Below are positions 25,880-37,076 of a stretch of 64,000 bases of DNA, piece by piece. Below the pieces are notes generated by a model. It had not been told where the DNA came from and ran no database searches. It saw nothing but the letters and a program-made list of their open reading frames with translations. The stretch spans positions 1 through 64,000 of the forward strand of contig JAYWIR010000056.1 in NCBI GenBank assembly GCA_036172245.1, written 5' to 3'. Within the stretch, counting starts at the first letter, position 1, and every line of letters starts with the position of its first letter. This stretch comes from Raillietiella orientalis (Eukaryota). The translations under genes and the position numbers were made by a program.

Positions 25880-26065
25880 ATGTTTTAATTTACGTAGTGC
25901 TTTTGCTTCTATTGCCTAATTCTCTCACGTATTACTTTAAAGATTCTTCCTACTTCTTCTAAGGTATGTTCTTTTCCATCTTTACCAAGACCAAAGCGCA
26001 TTCTGAGAATCCTTTCTTCCTTTGGCGTTAAAGTTGCAAGAACATTAGTTGTAATACCGCGTAAG
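25880..26065 (-). pseudogene. rpoD: RNA polymerase sigma-70 region 4 fragment
   Basis: Own translation: [53 protein letters not shown]. Confidence 0.92.
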
Positions 26066-27892
26066 GGTCAAGATGGAGAAGGCCCACCAGTTGATGCTGT
26101 AGCTCAAGAATTGATCACTAACAAAGTGAATGAATTAGGACAAGCAGTTCTGGAAGCAAAGGATGATGAAGGTGAACAAATCTTAGTAAACAACCCTGAT
26201 TTACAGGAAGGAGTAGCAGAAAAGTCAAGAGAAAATCCCGGAAAGACAAAAGGGCCAAAAGGTGAGCAGGGTCCTCTGGGAGAAAGAGGCCCACAAGGTC
26301 CGGTAGGTAAAGATGGTCAACGCGGACTGCAGGGACCAAAGGGAGATAAAGGTGATAACAATGCACGACAGAACTTTACTCTGCAAAAAGAAGAAAAATT
26401 ACTGGAAGACGTCTATGAAGCAAATATTGTTTCGAATAACAAGACCATGGCTACCTTACCAAAAATAGGTTACTACATGCTTAATAATCAATTGGTCATG
26501 CATAATTATGTTACGAAAGAGGAGTTGGCTATTCCCAGAGATTTCGATTATTTAAAAGTTATTAAATTTGGCAGTGGTTTTAGCAGTGGTGATTATAAAT
26601 TGACCTTTTGTAACGTATTTGGTAATGAGTTTTTTGAGTATAAGAAATATGACCCACAGTGTTCAAATGTTTCAGATGAATATAAGTTCATAAGTTTAAA
26701 TTGTGCGAAAAAAGAATATCTTTCACCCGGGTTTTTCACCCAGGTGAGCCAAGGCTTTTCTTATTAAAACTTTTTACAAGAAAAAATTCTATAATAAAGT
26801 GCTTTTTCTTTTTCACTGTTTTGAATGATTTTTTTCAGCCGCAACACGTTTCGACTGTCTTGGGGCACTTGTCCTTACCGACCCATAGGCCGATGAGATC
26901 CTCCACATTGGCGCAGGGGAGGGAAAAACAAAAATAAACCAAAAAAAAAAAAAAGGCCTTGGAGGGGCCAATGTTTATTGGGAAGGGATCACGGTTCGCC
27001 GAGGGGAGGCCTCTGCCTCTGGTTTCGGATGCGAACAAGTGCTGGCAGAATTTTAATCAGCCGGCGCCAACGGGAAGCCTTCTCCATGGAGATGACTGCC
27101 CAGTGGATGGCATTCCGACTACTGCGGCCTCTTATTGACGCGTTCCACTTGTCCAATATTCCCCGTATACAGCAGAGAACTGCAACGAACCGGCACCCGG
27201 GACCTGGCAGGGAGTTCCGCATCAGGAGGCGAGGAAAAATATTTTTAGGGTCGCCCACCGGTACGTTTATGGCCGACGAGAGTCGATCCCACGTGAGGCG
27301 GAGGGCAACACACTCGATTAGTAAGTGGGGGAAGGTCTCCGTTTCCCCACGCTCTGTACAATGGGCATCCAATCTCCCCAATGTCCAGTGAGACGGGCGT
27401 GCTCTGCTCAAAAGTCCCCAATGGAGCACAAGCAGCGCTGTGTCCTGCCGATCCAAAGGGAAGGTGCCACTGTCCCAATACGCCGGGGGCCACTTCACCT
27501 CCTCCGGAGGCATGCCGAGCAGCTCGCCCCAGCGCGCTGCTCGGCCCCAGAAAAAAGAATATAACCCCAATCTCAGCGAGTTATTTAGCCATCGGCCATC
27601 GTTTTTCATTACAGAAGGACCTGCTGAGCCAGATTCAGATAAATATTCAGCTGCTGTGTTCGAGTTGACGCATAATGGAAAAGGCAAAAAAATGGCTACA
27701 TTAATCGATGAATTTGCCTATTTTGATCAAAATGGCACATTTATGCATTGCAATTACCATGAAGAAACGAAATGCCGCTCTTATACTTCCACTGAAATTG
27801 GTAAAGAATATCAGATAACAGATACAGACAGTGAGTTTTACCTAACAGAGCACGACAACGTAATTATTCACACTATTCCAGCGTTAATTTAA
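26066..27892 (+). pseudogene. Wolbachia-type collagen-like (Gly-X-Y) protein, split by retroelement C3
   Basis: GPKGEQGPLGERGPQGPVGKDGQRGLQGPKGDKG; frame ..CAKKEY|NPNLSELF.. is restored on removing 26720-27562. Confidence 0.8.
26720..27549 (-). mobile_element. Family C copy C3, 5'-truncated, 13-bp TSD GAAAAAAGAATAT (26707-26719 / 27550-27562)
   Basis: ORF2 C-terminus nearly identical to C1 (..RPPLGEP); exact TSD. Confidence 0.92.
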
Positions 27893-27944
27893 CCATTCTC
27901 ATATAGCTGACCAGAGAAGGGGTTTCCCCACGTCATACCGCTGA

Positions 27945-28189
27945 GATGGAGAATATTCAATCGGCAAATTAGATGATCAGATCCCTCGTGGAACCAACAT
28001 TACCCTGGTTATGCGTCATGAAGAAAATGAGTTTTTAGACAAATTTCGCATTGAAAATATCGCTACTACTTATTCAGATCACATAAATTTTCCTGTTGAA
28101 TTTGTAGATGAAGAAGGAAAAAGTGAGAAGTTAAACAGCAAGGCTGCAATTTGTACTAAGCCGAAAAACGATGTTACTCTAGAGGAGCA
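27945..28189 (+). pseudogene. htpG: Hsp90 chaperone HtpG fragment
   Basis: PRGTNITLVM..EFLDKFRIENIATTYSDHINFPV..LNSKAAI.TKPKNDVT.EEH. Confidence 0.88.
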
Positions 28190-29232
28190 TGATCAATTTC
28201 GCTGCATACTTTAACCGACGCTAATTTGTCTCCTCCATCGAGCTTGATTGCTATCTTCCCATTACTTGGAATACAATGAAAATCTGCTAAGGAGTTACGC
28301 CTTATGTTTCCATGAGCAGTAGCAAAGACTATATTCTGATTTTCATCATTCTCACTTGGGAGCGGCATGTTGTTAGTTATAGTTTCATTTCAGTGAGAGG
28401 AAATACATTAACAAATGCTCTTCCACGTGCTGTTGGCTCTGCAAGAGGTAATTTATAAACCTTTAACCTATAAACTCTGCCAATATTGGAAAAGAATAAA
28501 AGGCTAGTGTGGGTATTTCCAACAAACAATTTCGTGGTTACATCTTCTTCCTTTAATCCCTGTCCCAGATTTCCTTTTCCACCACAACGCTGAGTGCTAT
28601 AGTGAGAAAGCTTCACGCGCTTAATGTAACCATTCATAGTTACGGTCACCACCATATCCTCTTGTGGAATGAGATCCTCAGCTTCAATGTCTACATCTGA
28701 CTCTTCTATTGGAGTTTTTCGCGGTACGGCAAATCTGTTTTTTATCTCTTGTAAATTATTCTTTATTTCTTTCATCAATTTTTCCTCTGAGCCAAGAAAA
28801 GCGATATATTCTTCTATCAGGTTGATTATTGAATTCAGCTCAGCTTCTAATTTGCCTTTTTCAAGACCTGTTAAGCGTTGCAATTTCGTGTCAAGAATAG
28901 CCTTCGTCTGCAGCTCAGTTAACCTGTACACTCCGTCTTTTAAAAAACTCTCACTGTCTGAAATCAAGCTAATAATCGTGTTTATTTCCGTTGAAGTCTT
29001 CCACTCCTTATTTAAAAGCTCTTTTTGCTTGCTTCTTCAGGATCTTTTGCACCACGGATGATTTTTATCACGTCATCTATGCTCAAAACTGCAATATAGA
29101 GCCCTATGTATACATGAGCTTTTTCTCTTGTTTTTCTTTGACGAGATTCCGTTCTCCTGATTAGTGCTTCTTTTCTAAGGTCAACAAAAGCAGCTATGAT
29201 TCCTTTGAATGACATCAAAGCAGGTCTGTTGA
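28190..29232 (-). pseudogene. gyrA: DNA gyrase subunit A fragment, frameshifted
   Basis: LTELQTKAILDTKLQRLTGLE; EDLIPQEDMVVTVTMNGYIKR; LLFFSNIGRVYRLKVYKLP. Confidence 0.93.
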
Positions 29233-29500
29233 TTCCATGCTCTTCTCAACAAATCTTGATTCTAAGTCATCTGTAACATTCGCCTTTCTGCGGATTCCTG
29301 CAGTGTCAATCAGAATAATTAGCTTTCCACCATGATCGTATGAAATATCCACAGAATCACGTGTGGTACCAGACTCCGAACTTGTTATTAGCCTATTCTC
29401 TGCAATTAAGCTATTTAAAAAAGTTGACTTTCCAACATTTGGGCGGCTGATGATTGCAGTTCGAAGCTGAATGGATTCATTATCCAGTAGTTCAATGCCC
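29233..29500 (-). pseudogene. der: Ribosome biogenesis GTPase Der, second G domain fragment
   Basis: AIISRPNVGKSTFLN..GTTRDSVD..DTAGIRRKANV. Confidence 0.88.
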
Positions 29501-29640
29501 TCATCTAGACCTTCGACAACGTAGTAATTCTTGCAAGGCCTTATCGTTCCAGCATGGATGCAACTTTTTCTGTGTTTTGTGGTCAAGGTGACAGAATTTA
29601 AAAAATAAGTTATTTTTATTCCTTAGTAAGAAGACAGCCC

Positions 29641-29692
29641 ATGGGTTTTAAAATTGCACCTTCTATACTTTCAGCAGATTTTGCAAAATTAA
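29641..29692 (+). pseudogene. rpe: Ribulose-phosphate 3-epimerase N-terminal 17 codons
   Basis: MGFKIAPSILSADFAKL. Confidence 0.8.
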
Positions 29693-29794
29693 GGAATTGC
29701 TTTAAAAGTTTCTCCTACTTTTCACAGCATCGAAGAAATAGCAAACTCAAGCAACAGCTCTACTTTAAGAAGTCGACTTACTTTCTTCGACTAT

Positions 29795-30803
29795 TTTTTA
29801 GCTGTTCCCACCTGCCACCCAGGCTCCTGGCCGTTTCCCTCCACCTTTTCGGAGTCATTCGCCGGGGTCTCGGGTGCGGCCTTGGCCTTGGGCGTGGGTG
29901 GCACAGCTCTCGCGGCAGCTTTCGCCGCCAGCCTTTTTTGCAGCAGCCGGGCGCGTTTTTCCCCGTTGCGCGAGGACACTACGCACACTGCTGCTTGTGG
30001 GCACACCTCCCGCGTGTGGCCCATGTTCCCGCACACCTGGCACTGCATGTTGGGGCACCTCTTTTTGAGGTGGCCCGACGTATTGCAGAAGCCACAGTAT
30101 TTGGCCTTCCCCACATACCAGAGGTCTACTGTTTCACCGCCGACCACCAGTTTCTGAGGAAGCGAACAGCCCTCTCGGACGGTCATGCGTGCTGCCGTGA
30201 GGCCGCACTGCAGTCTGGTGTAGTCCACAAACGGACTAGGCTTGGACCACATTGCATGAACCGTCCCGTATTGTTCCAGAGCGGCGTGTACGGTTTCCCG
30301 ACGCATTCGCGCTGTCACACCTAACAGGTGGCCCACGATGCTGCGATCCACCGTAATGGGAGGAGCCTGCGTTTCCATATCACCACGGGGGTTTTGAGCA
30401 GACGCTGGGCAAGATCTGCCTGTTTGCAGATCACTTCCACGTACTGCTCCCCGCTGCGGATGGTCATCTCGCAGAGCTCCTCTACTTTAACATTGAGAGC
30501 GCGCATCCCTTTCGAGAATTCGCGCGCGCTCTCAGAAGGGTAGAAATTTCCTACCTTGTAGAGAAGTGAGGGGTTATACTCCTCCTCCACGTAGGCAGAT
30601 AATTCTGCCGCAGCTGCAGAGGGGACCGATTCTGTGGGGTCGGATGCCCTCACCTCCATCGCCTCTGAGGCCGACGTTGCCGCCGCCCCCTGGCACTTAC
30701 TGGTGGTCGTGTCAGGCATTGCTTCCTGAGCGACCACCGGACCAATGAACACTTCGCTTTAAGGGGAGGGTTTTCAGCACCGAGGAACACCAAGAAAACG
30801 CAA
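29795..30803 (-). mobile_element. D-type element D2: partial 5'UTR and ORF1 N-terminal part (frameshifted)
   Basis: AYVEEEYNPSLLYKV, CGFCNTSGHLKKRC, CQVCGNMGHTREVC; homologous to ORF1 4117-5712. Confidence 0.87.
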
Positions 30804-31030
30804 GCAAGGCATTCGTCTGCGTGAATCAAGATCTCCTTGTGAAGCTCTTGGAACGCCTCCTTCTCCCGGTACGACTCGTAGTCTATTTGCGCGCATGCTG
30901 GCGCCACGCGCTGATCTCCATCTCTTTCAGCGGTTGCCAACTGTTTGGAGTCCCGTTGCGGAGGGGCATGAGGCAGGGGGACAGTTTGAGTCCTTTGCTC
31001 TTCAGCATATTTTTTGAGTTGCTGCTGAGG

Positions 31031-34000
31031 TTTTTTTTATTACGACATTCTTATTACATTTGTATTTTATATGAATGTTCGTCTTACAATATGTTTGTGA
31101 AGTTTAATTTCACAGAGATTTCAATTGCCTTTGGATACACAGCTGTTGAGGGTGGAACTTGAAAAGGGGGTTAGGGTATGAGATCAGCCCTTGGAGGGAC
31201 GTTAGCACCTGAATAGCTTTTGCTATTAAAGATGCGGTAAAGCCGTCCAAATGGATATCATCTGCTTGCGTATCTTCATAGTGATAGGAGAGTACTCCCG
31301 TTTGTATTTGGGATATAGGGCATAGTTCTCCGTCGCTTTGGTACATATCTTCATGGCGAAAATTTCCTTCGAAGTCTTCTGCTGGATACGAAGAAGGGCT
31401 GGGCATGGAGATATGGTTTATGTATATGTCCCGGGAAAATTTGATATTTTTTGTACATAGATGCCTAGAGATCGGGGTAACTGTTCTTTGAGGGATTGCA
31501 AGCAATTTGAGGAGCATATCATTTTCGGGTTCCCATGAGCCGAGCTCACCGATTTCAAGTGCTTAGTTGATGGTACGCAGGCTTCGATTCTTAGAGGCGG
31601 TCTCGATCTCTGCGTACTTCAGGATTTGGGTTTCTCTTGCTCGCTGTATCGATGATATACGATTTTCAAAGATCACAACGTCAATGATAACAGCTGTGGA
31701 CGCATTCTGTAAAAATATGTCGGCGTGAAGAGTGGAGTTTAACGCATCTACTCGGCGATTCTTTTGGGCAACAGATTATCGAGGGGAGAGTATCTGGAAC
31801 AAGGTGTCGAAAACAACGTTATGTGGTTGGATGATCATTGTCCCAAGATAAACTGGACAGTGACAAAGGACATGCCCCAGTGTTTCTTTTACGTTACCAC
31901 ATTTTTGGAACTGCTCAATTTCACTGGGCATTTTCCGATTTCCGTTGGGATTCAAAGAGGTTCAAACGGGCACAGTGTATAAAACGACAGTCTGCAAAGC
32001 GGATTCCATCACATGCAGCCACGAATGACATGAAGACTTCGTGGAGGGCTACACATTCTATTATCCTACCTTGGTCAGGCTTGACTAGAAGTGATAGGCG
32101 TTTTTGCTCTCTAAAGTGAGCACGTATCGTTCGTGCCACTTGTCGCCGCTGCGGAAAGGAGAGGATTTTGAAGTTTTCATGTTCGATAGAGGATAAACAG
32201 AGTGTCACATTATTGTCATCTAAGTTCCACGTTATGGGTAGACGCTTCGTTGCTTCCCGGAATGTGGACCACATCGTGCGGGGATCACCACTTGGGCGGT
32301 ATCCATTGAGGAACCTAGTAAACAGAACCAAGCTTGGCTGCACATGAGCTTTCCTACGTACGGCGTCGGAAAGGCAGGAGATGGCGGGATCAGTCACGTG
32401 GGAATCCGGACACGTTAATAGTTTGAATGCAGAGTCAGCGATCCTTGTTGGTGCTTCTTCGATAAGAAGCATTATCCCGAGGCATCCATCACGGACACTT
32501 CCGTATAGGTATTCGTTTGATGATCCTTGGGTAAGTGGGAGATTGCTTCTTCAGCGTATTCCGTATTACTTTATCAATCTGGGCTCATGACGATAATGGC
32601 TTCGTGCCAAGACGAAGGTCGTGTATGGAGAAAAAGCATTTGATGGTGTCCAGTTTCTGCCATGGGGCTAAGGAGGAGTCCGCAATAATTTTTAAGCGTA
32701 TAATGAACGTATCCACGTTTCTGTCATACATGAGAGGGTCAATAACCGGTCAACCGATCGGTTTCCCTAGGTAATTATAAGTATATTGTAGAAAAAGGGA
32801 CGGAATTATTGCACCGTTCACAGATATTAGAGAAAGTCGCACTTGTGGCGGGAAGCTACGAGTGGCGGGAAGTAGTGATAGGAGCCGCACTTATTGATTG
32901 GGATTTATTTGCAAGTTTGCAGCTCAGGTTGAATTTTCAGTGTGATGACGGCAAGTTGTAGCTCATTTATCGAGCTACCAATAAGCGCAACATCGTCTGC
33001 ATAAGCAAGCGGAATAATAGAGGTGTGTTGGTGTTTCAGGATTCTGATAAAGGGTTCTAGAGCGATGTTAAATAACAGCCCATTTGGGGAGCAACCTTGG
33101 AGAACTCCGGAATGAATCGGTATTGGGATCTTATGTCCATCCGAAGCCACTATCGTTGTCGTAGATTCCGAATACATTTCCTCAATGATTCCGTGAAACT
33201 GACTACCAGCCCGTAGCACGGTCAACGTGTCTAGAATGGGCTGATGGGGGATGAACGTAAACGCGTCTTCAAAGTCTATCCATGCAATGGCGATGTCTTG
33301 GTGGTGCACTCGGGAGCGCTCGAGTGCAGTGGTCAGGACAAAGCTTTGCTCCAGCCTGCCATCATAGGGAAGAAATCCCTTTTGTTGGTGTCCAAGGATA
33401 CCGTTGTTGAGGATCCACGAGAACATTCTTTTCGTAAGGATTTTGCAGAATAGTTTGCCAATGGTATTGGAGATTGCGATGGGGCGAAACTGCGTTACGG
33501 CTTCCGGATCAGTTGCTCCAGATTTAAGGATCACGACTGTGTGTGATGTTTTTTCAGTCGTTAGGGATATGCAAGTGACGGACACATGAATTGTATAGGG
33601 CTTCAAGACAAGATCCGTCTGGGTCTGCTTTCCGCAAGAGGGAGTACGGGATCCCGTCATTTCCTGGGCCAGTGTCTTGGGAGTTCCTTAATGTCAACAG
33701 GACTTCTTCAGGGGTGATGTTTCCACAATTCACTGGGGTAGCTGGGGTTAAAGGATTTTCCTTGAGTATGTCCGAATTCATTGTCTTTGCTGAGAACTTT
33801 TCACTAAAAATAGTTTGAACCAAAGATTTACAGCCGTTAAATTGAATGGGATTCGGGTGAAGAAGAGTGAGAATGGCTCGTTTTCGGTTTCGCCGATAAA
33901 GGGATTAAAGTAGTTCCGCTATGATAAGGCGAAAGGCATTGGAAGAGGATGTAGGCCTTGTGGAAGGGTTAAATGGGCATATGTGGAATGTCGAACTTAT

Positions 34001-37000
34001 GGTATACATAATTTCGTTGAGGGTATCCATGGTACGTTGCCAAGTGTCATTAGATGTCGATTGTGTAAGAAGGGTTGTGAGGATCGGAGTTTAAGAACTA
34101 AGGACGGCGTGTGTGCTCGTGTGTAGTATATGTTGGGTGTTTGGCAGAACCTGTTGTGCTGCGGAGACATAGGGTGCAGGTTCGCTGGTTGAGTGCAAGG
34201 GGTTTAAGGGAGTTGGATGTATCGGTTGTGCTTGCTGTTGTAAGGCTTCGGAGGAAGATTTGATGGAACTATGGGAGGTACTGATCCTGTTGACCTACAG
34301 GCTGTTGTAGGGATAGGATGCGCTGTTTCTATGGCTACAGGAATGGGTTCGGATGCCGCTATCGCATCAAAAAGGTTAAATGTAGGTATCGGACGAGAAG
34401 TGCGAAATGGGGAGAGGGGTTTGTTGCTTTGATTTGGCAGGAGTACATGCCATCGCATGTGATTGCGTAATCCACGCATAGAAGGAAAAGTGGCCATACA
34501 GTTAGGAATGTCACATTGAAAAGAAAGGGGGACAGTGGGGGGTTGAGGGATAGTTTGAAGCACGGGTGATGTTGAGTAGGATAGGAGACAGGAGTTGCAT
34601 TTCATACAGAGTAACCTGTGCTTGTGTAAAGGAAGCTTGAAGCTTCTGTCGTCAAGTGACGTTTAAGAGACCGAAGTGTGTTGCTTGCATCGAATGTTTG
34701 TGTTCTCCAGGGACAGGATGGCAGTATGCAGCATAGGGTGCGAGATACTGGAAATCGAAACAAAAAGCGGTCAGGTGTAAGAGCCACATCACGGTTATTG
34801 TACATCCACACATCAGTATGCAGCATTGGTGGAAGTTCGAAATTGGAGGGATAGTAGGACGGGAGGTGGCTGGAGGAGAGGCTGGATAGCCAAGAAGGGT
34901 CCGATTGAGTGGTGGTGCAGCTAAACAGTGTTTAGAAGATCGACGGAATCTAGGTGGTACTGAATTGCGATGATACTTTAAAGGTCTTTTGTGCTGTCGA
35001 GTTGTGGAAGGTGAAGAGGAGGTGTGTGGTATATGCATAGTGAGAGGTGGGAAGCGGTTGTTTTGTTTGTGGCGTCGCCGGAAAATAATTTTGTTCTGTG
35101 GAGCTATCTACGGTGTTTGGAGCTCTCGCTACAGGTGAAGCTTCTCGGTGTTTCGACCGAATCGGTGATCTTTTCGAGGGATCGCACTTCGGTGGAATAT
35201 TTTTCGTGTAAGGAGTTGCGGAGGCACGGATGCAACCGCTGAGGGATAGCTTCTCGAAGGGCACGAGTTGTTCTAACTCGAATACAAGGTGGGTTTGGGG
35301 CAGTAATAGGATACTTTGTAGTTTGTTCTAGAGCTGAAGAAGGGATACTGTAGTTTGTAGGGGACACAGAAAGGCACGGTTCAAGGTAAGAGTTTGTCTC
35401 AGGATCAGATTGAGCAGGATTAATTGGGAACTGAATAAATCCCTTCTTCTTAAGTTTTCCCATTCGAATAGGGGAAGAGTGGGCACTAGAACGTGCAGGA
35501 AGTTGTCTTCTTATTAGGGATTTCCTGCAGGCTGAAGATGATTCCTGTTTCAAGCTCGGGAGAAAGTTATGAAAACATTTGCTATGCATTATTCGGGGCT
35601 GGCGTTTTAATATGTCTGCATATGAGGGAAGAGATAGCGAAGCTTTCAGTGTGGAAGATGGAGTACTATCACTAGGGGTAACTGTTGAACGGAGTTTTCT
35701 GGTCATCGGATGAATATCCTGTTTGTTCTCTATCTTCGAAGTAGCGTCATCGTGGAAACATGCAGAGAATTGGGCAGAAAGTTTGCTTCCAATTTCCAGA
35801 GGGATAGGTTAAAACTCATCTTCATTATCCAGTAATATTTTCACAGCTACCTGAGGAAAAGGAGAGGATGGATTCGCCTCGTGCGTCGCAGGCGTTAAAA
35901 GAAGTTGTTCGAGGATGTCGCTCGGGGTTATACATGAGGTTATTTGCGGAGATTGGGGAATTCAAGTCTTCTAGGGATTTTCAGTCTCCCGGCGGTTAAA
36001 AAATTCCTGAATGACTTGGGCCAGCTTCCTCCTCAAGAAGTTCAAACTCAGATAGTTTCTTAAATTTCGAAGTGCCATGCACGCATTGAGAGTGCTTCAC
36101 GCGAAAGGCCTTGCGGTCGAAGCTAGAGGGACAGAACTCACAGGGAAACTTCAGTTTCCAAGGGAAGCGGAAGTTCCAATGTTCGAGTGGATTAAGTGCA
36201 CTTATGGGAAGCAGGAGAATATTTCAGAAGGCAGTAAAGTTGCATTCATTACAAAAGTTAAAAGTAATTTGGGGAGTTACACTATGGATGCGTGACATAT
36301 GGTGTTTCAGGCTTCTGGAGCGATTCTACGTTTCTTCAGCTGAGGAAGCAAACTTGCATCCCTCAACTGGACATGGGCATGGTCGTGGGAGGGGAACACA
36401 TAGATATAGGCATCTTCCAGAGTCCAAGAAAGTGGGTTTGGAAGACGGTTTTATATGTTCCATGCTGAACGTGTCAAGAGGCAAACAAAATTATATCGGA
36501 CAAAAGGTCAATGGACATCCTTAAGAATTACTGCGAAGCCTTCAGAAGTTCGGACGCGATCGCGAGCGCCATGGACATGGTAAAAAAAAAAAGTTTTCCA
36601 AATACGAGAGACAGAGCGTGAATACTTTTCTATACACGAGCAGTGTATAAGCGCAATACAGGAACGGTATCACGTGCCTAGCGCGCAGTGCGGGTGTGCT
36701 ACGAGCATGCCACGTGGGCGAGCCGCCATCTTGGAAAATATCAATGGTTGCAATAGAATTGTACGTAAACTCAGGTTTCACTCACAATATTGCAAAGAAT
36801 CAAATGTTTCAAGAATAAGCACAAACTTAGCATTAATCACACCTATGTAATGTCTTGATAGCGACAAAGCAAAAACTCTTACCTTGGCAAACCAACAGTT
36901 CTTTAGTTAAACTATAGCAGCTGCGGGCGACCAGAGGAAAATCCGTATTTTCTCAACACTAACTAACCTACCTCCGTAAGCAGCTAAAGTACGGAAAATA

Positions 37001-37076
37001 ATCCCACATCGTGGCGAGAACAATTTCCAACACTACATGAACTTCTACACGGCCGAGCTACGATCAAACACGTCTT
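31031..37076 (-). mobile_element. NeSL/Utopia-like non-LTR retrotransposon with restriction-like endonuclease, near full length, degenerate, no TSD
   Basis: N-terminal C2H2 fingers (CDIPNC..GLRNHMRWH), RT (FRPIA, QKGF, QG, YADD), PDQG and CRFIHCARLN, RLE (HNVV..DIF..IIDV..FEN..KY..GELGSW, SRDIY); A8 tail at 31031. Confidence 0.85.
31200..35706 (-). pseudogene. Single ZnF-RT-RLE ORF of the NeSL/Utopia-like element, multiple frameshifts
   Basis: ORF pieces 35104-35706, 34204-34605, 33554-33823, 32905-33660, 31921-32472, 31110-31517. Confidence 0.8.

Larger units (their letters stand above)
13420..29790. other. Nuclear Wolbachia transfer (nuwt): scrambled mosaic of short bacterial gene fragments
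   Basis: AT-rich; many Rickettsiales-type housekeeping gene fragments in both orientations, degenerate; Wolbachia-type dispersed repeats; interrupted by eukaryotic LINEs with TSDs. Confidence 0.85.

Noticed and set aside
13420..29790. Live Wolbachia contig or contamination
   Set aside because: Genes are fragmented, frameshifted, non-syntenic and interrupted by eukaryotic LINEs with exact TSDs.
29641..30324. 227-aa ORF as intact rpe
   Set aside because: Only the first 17 codons are rpe; the rest is unrelated or antisense ORF1.
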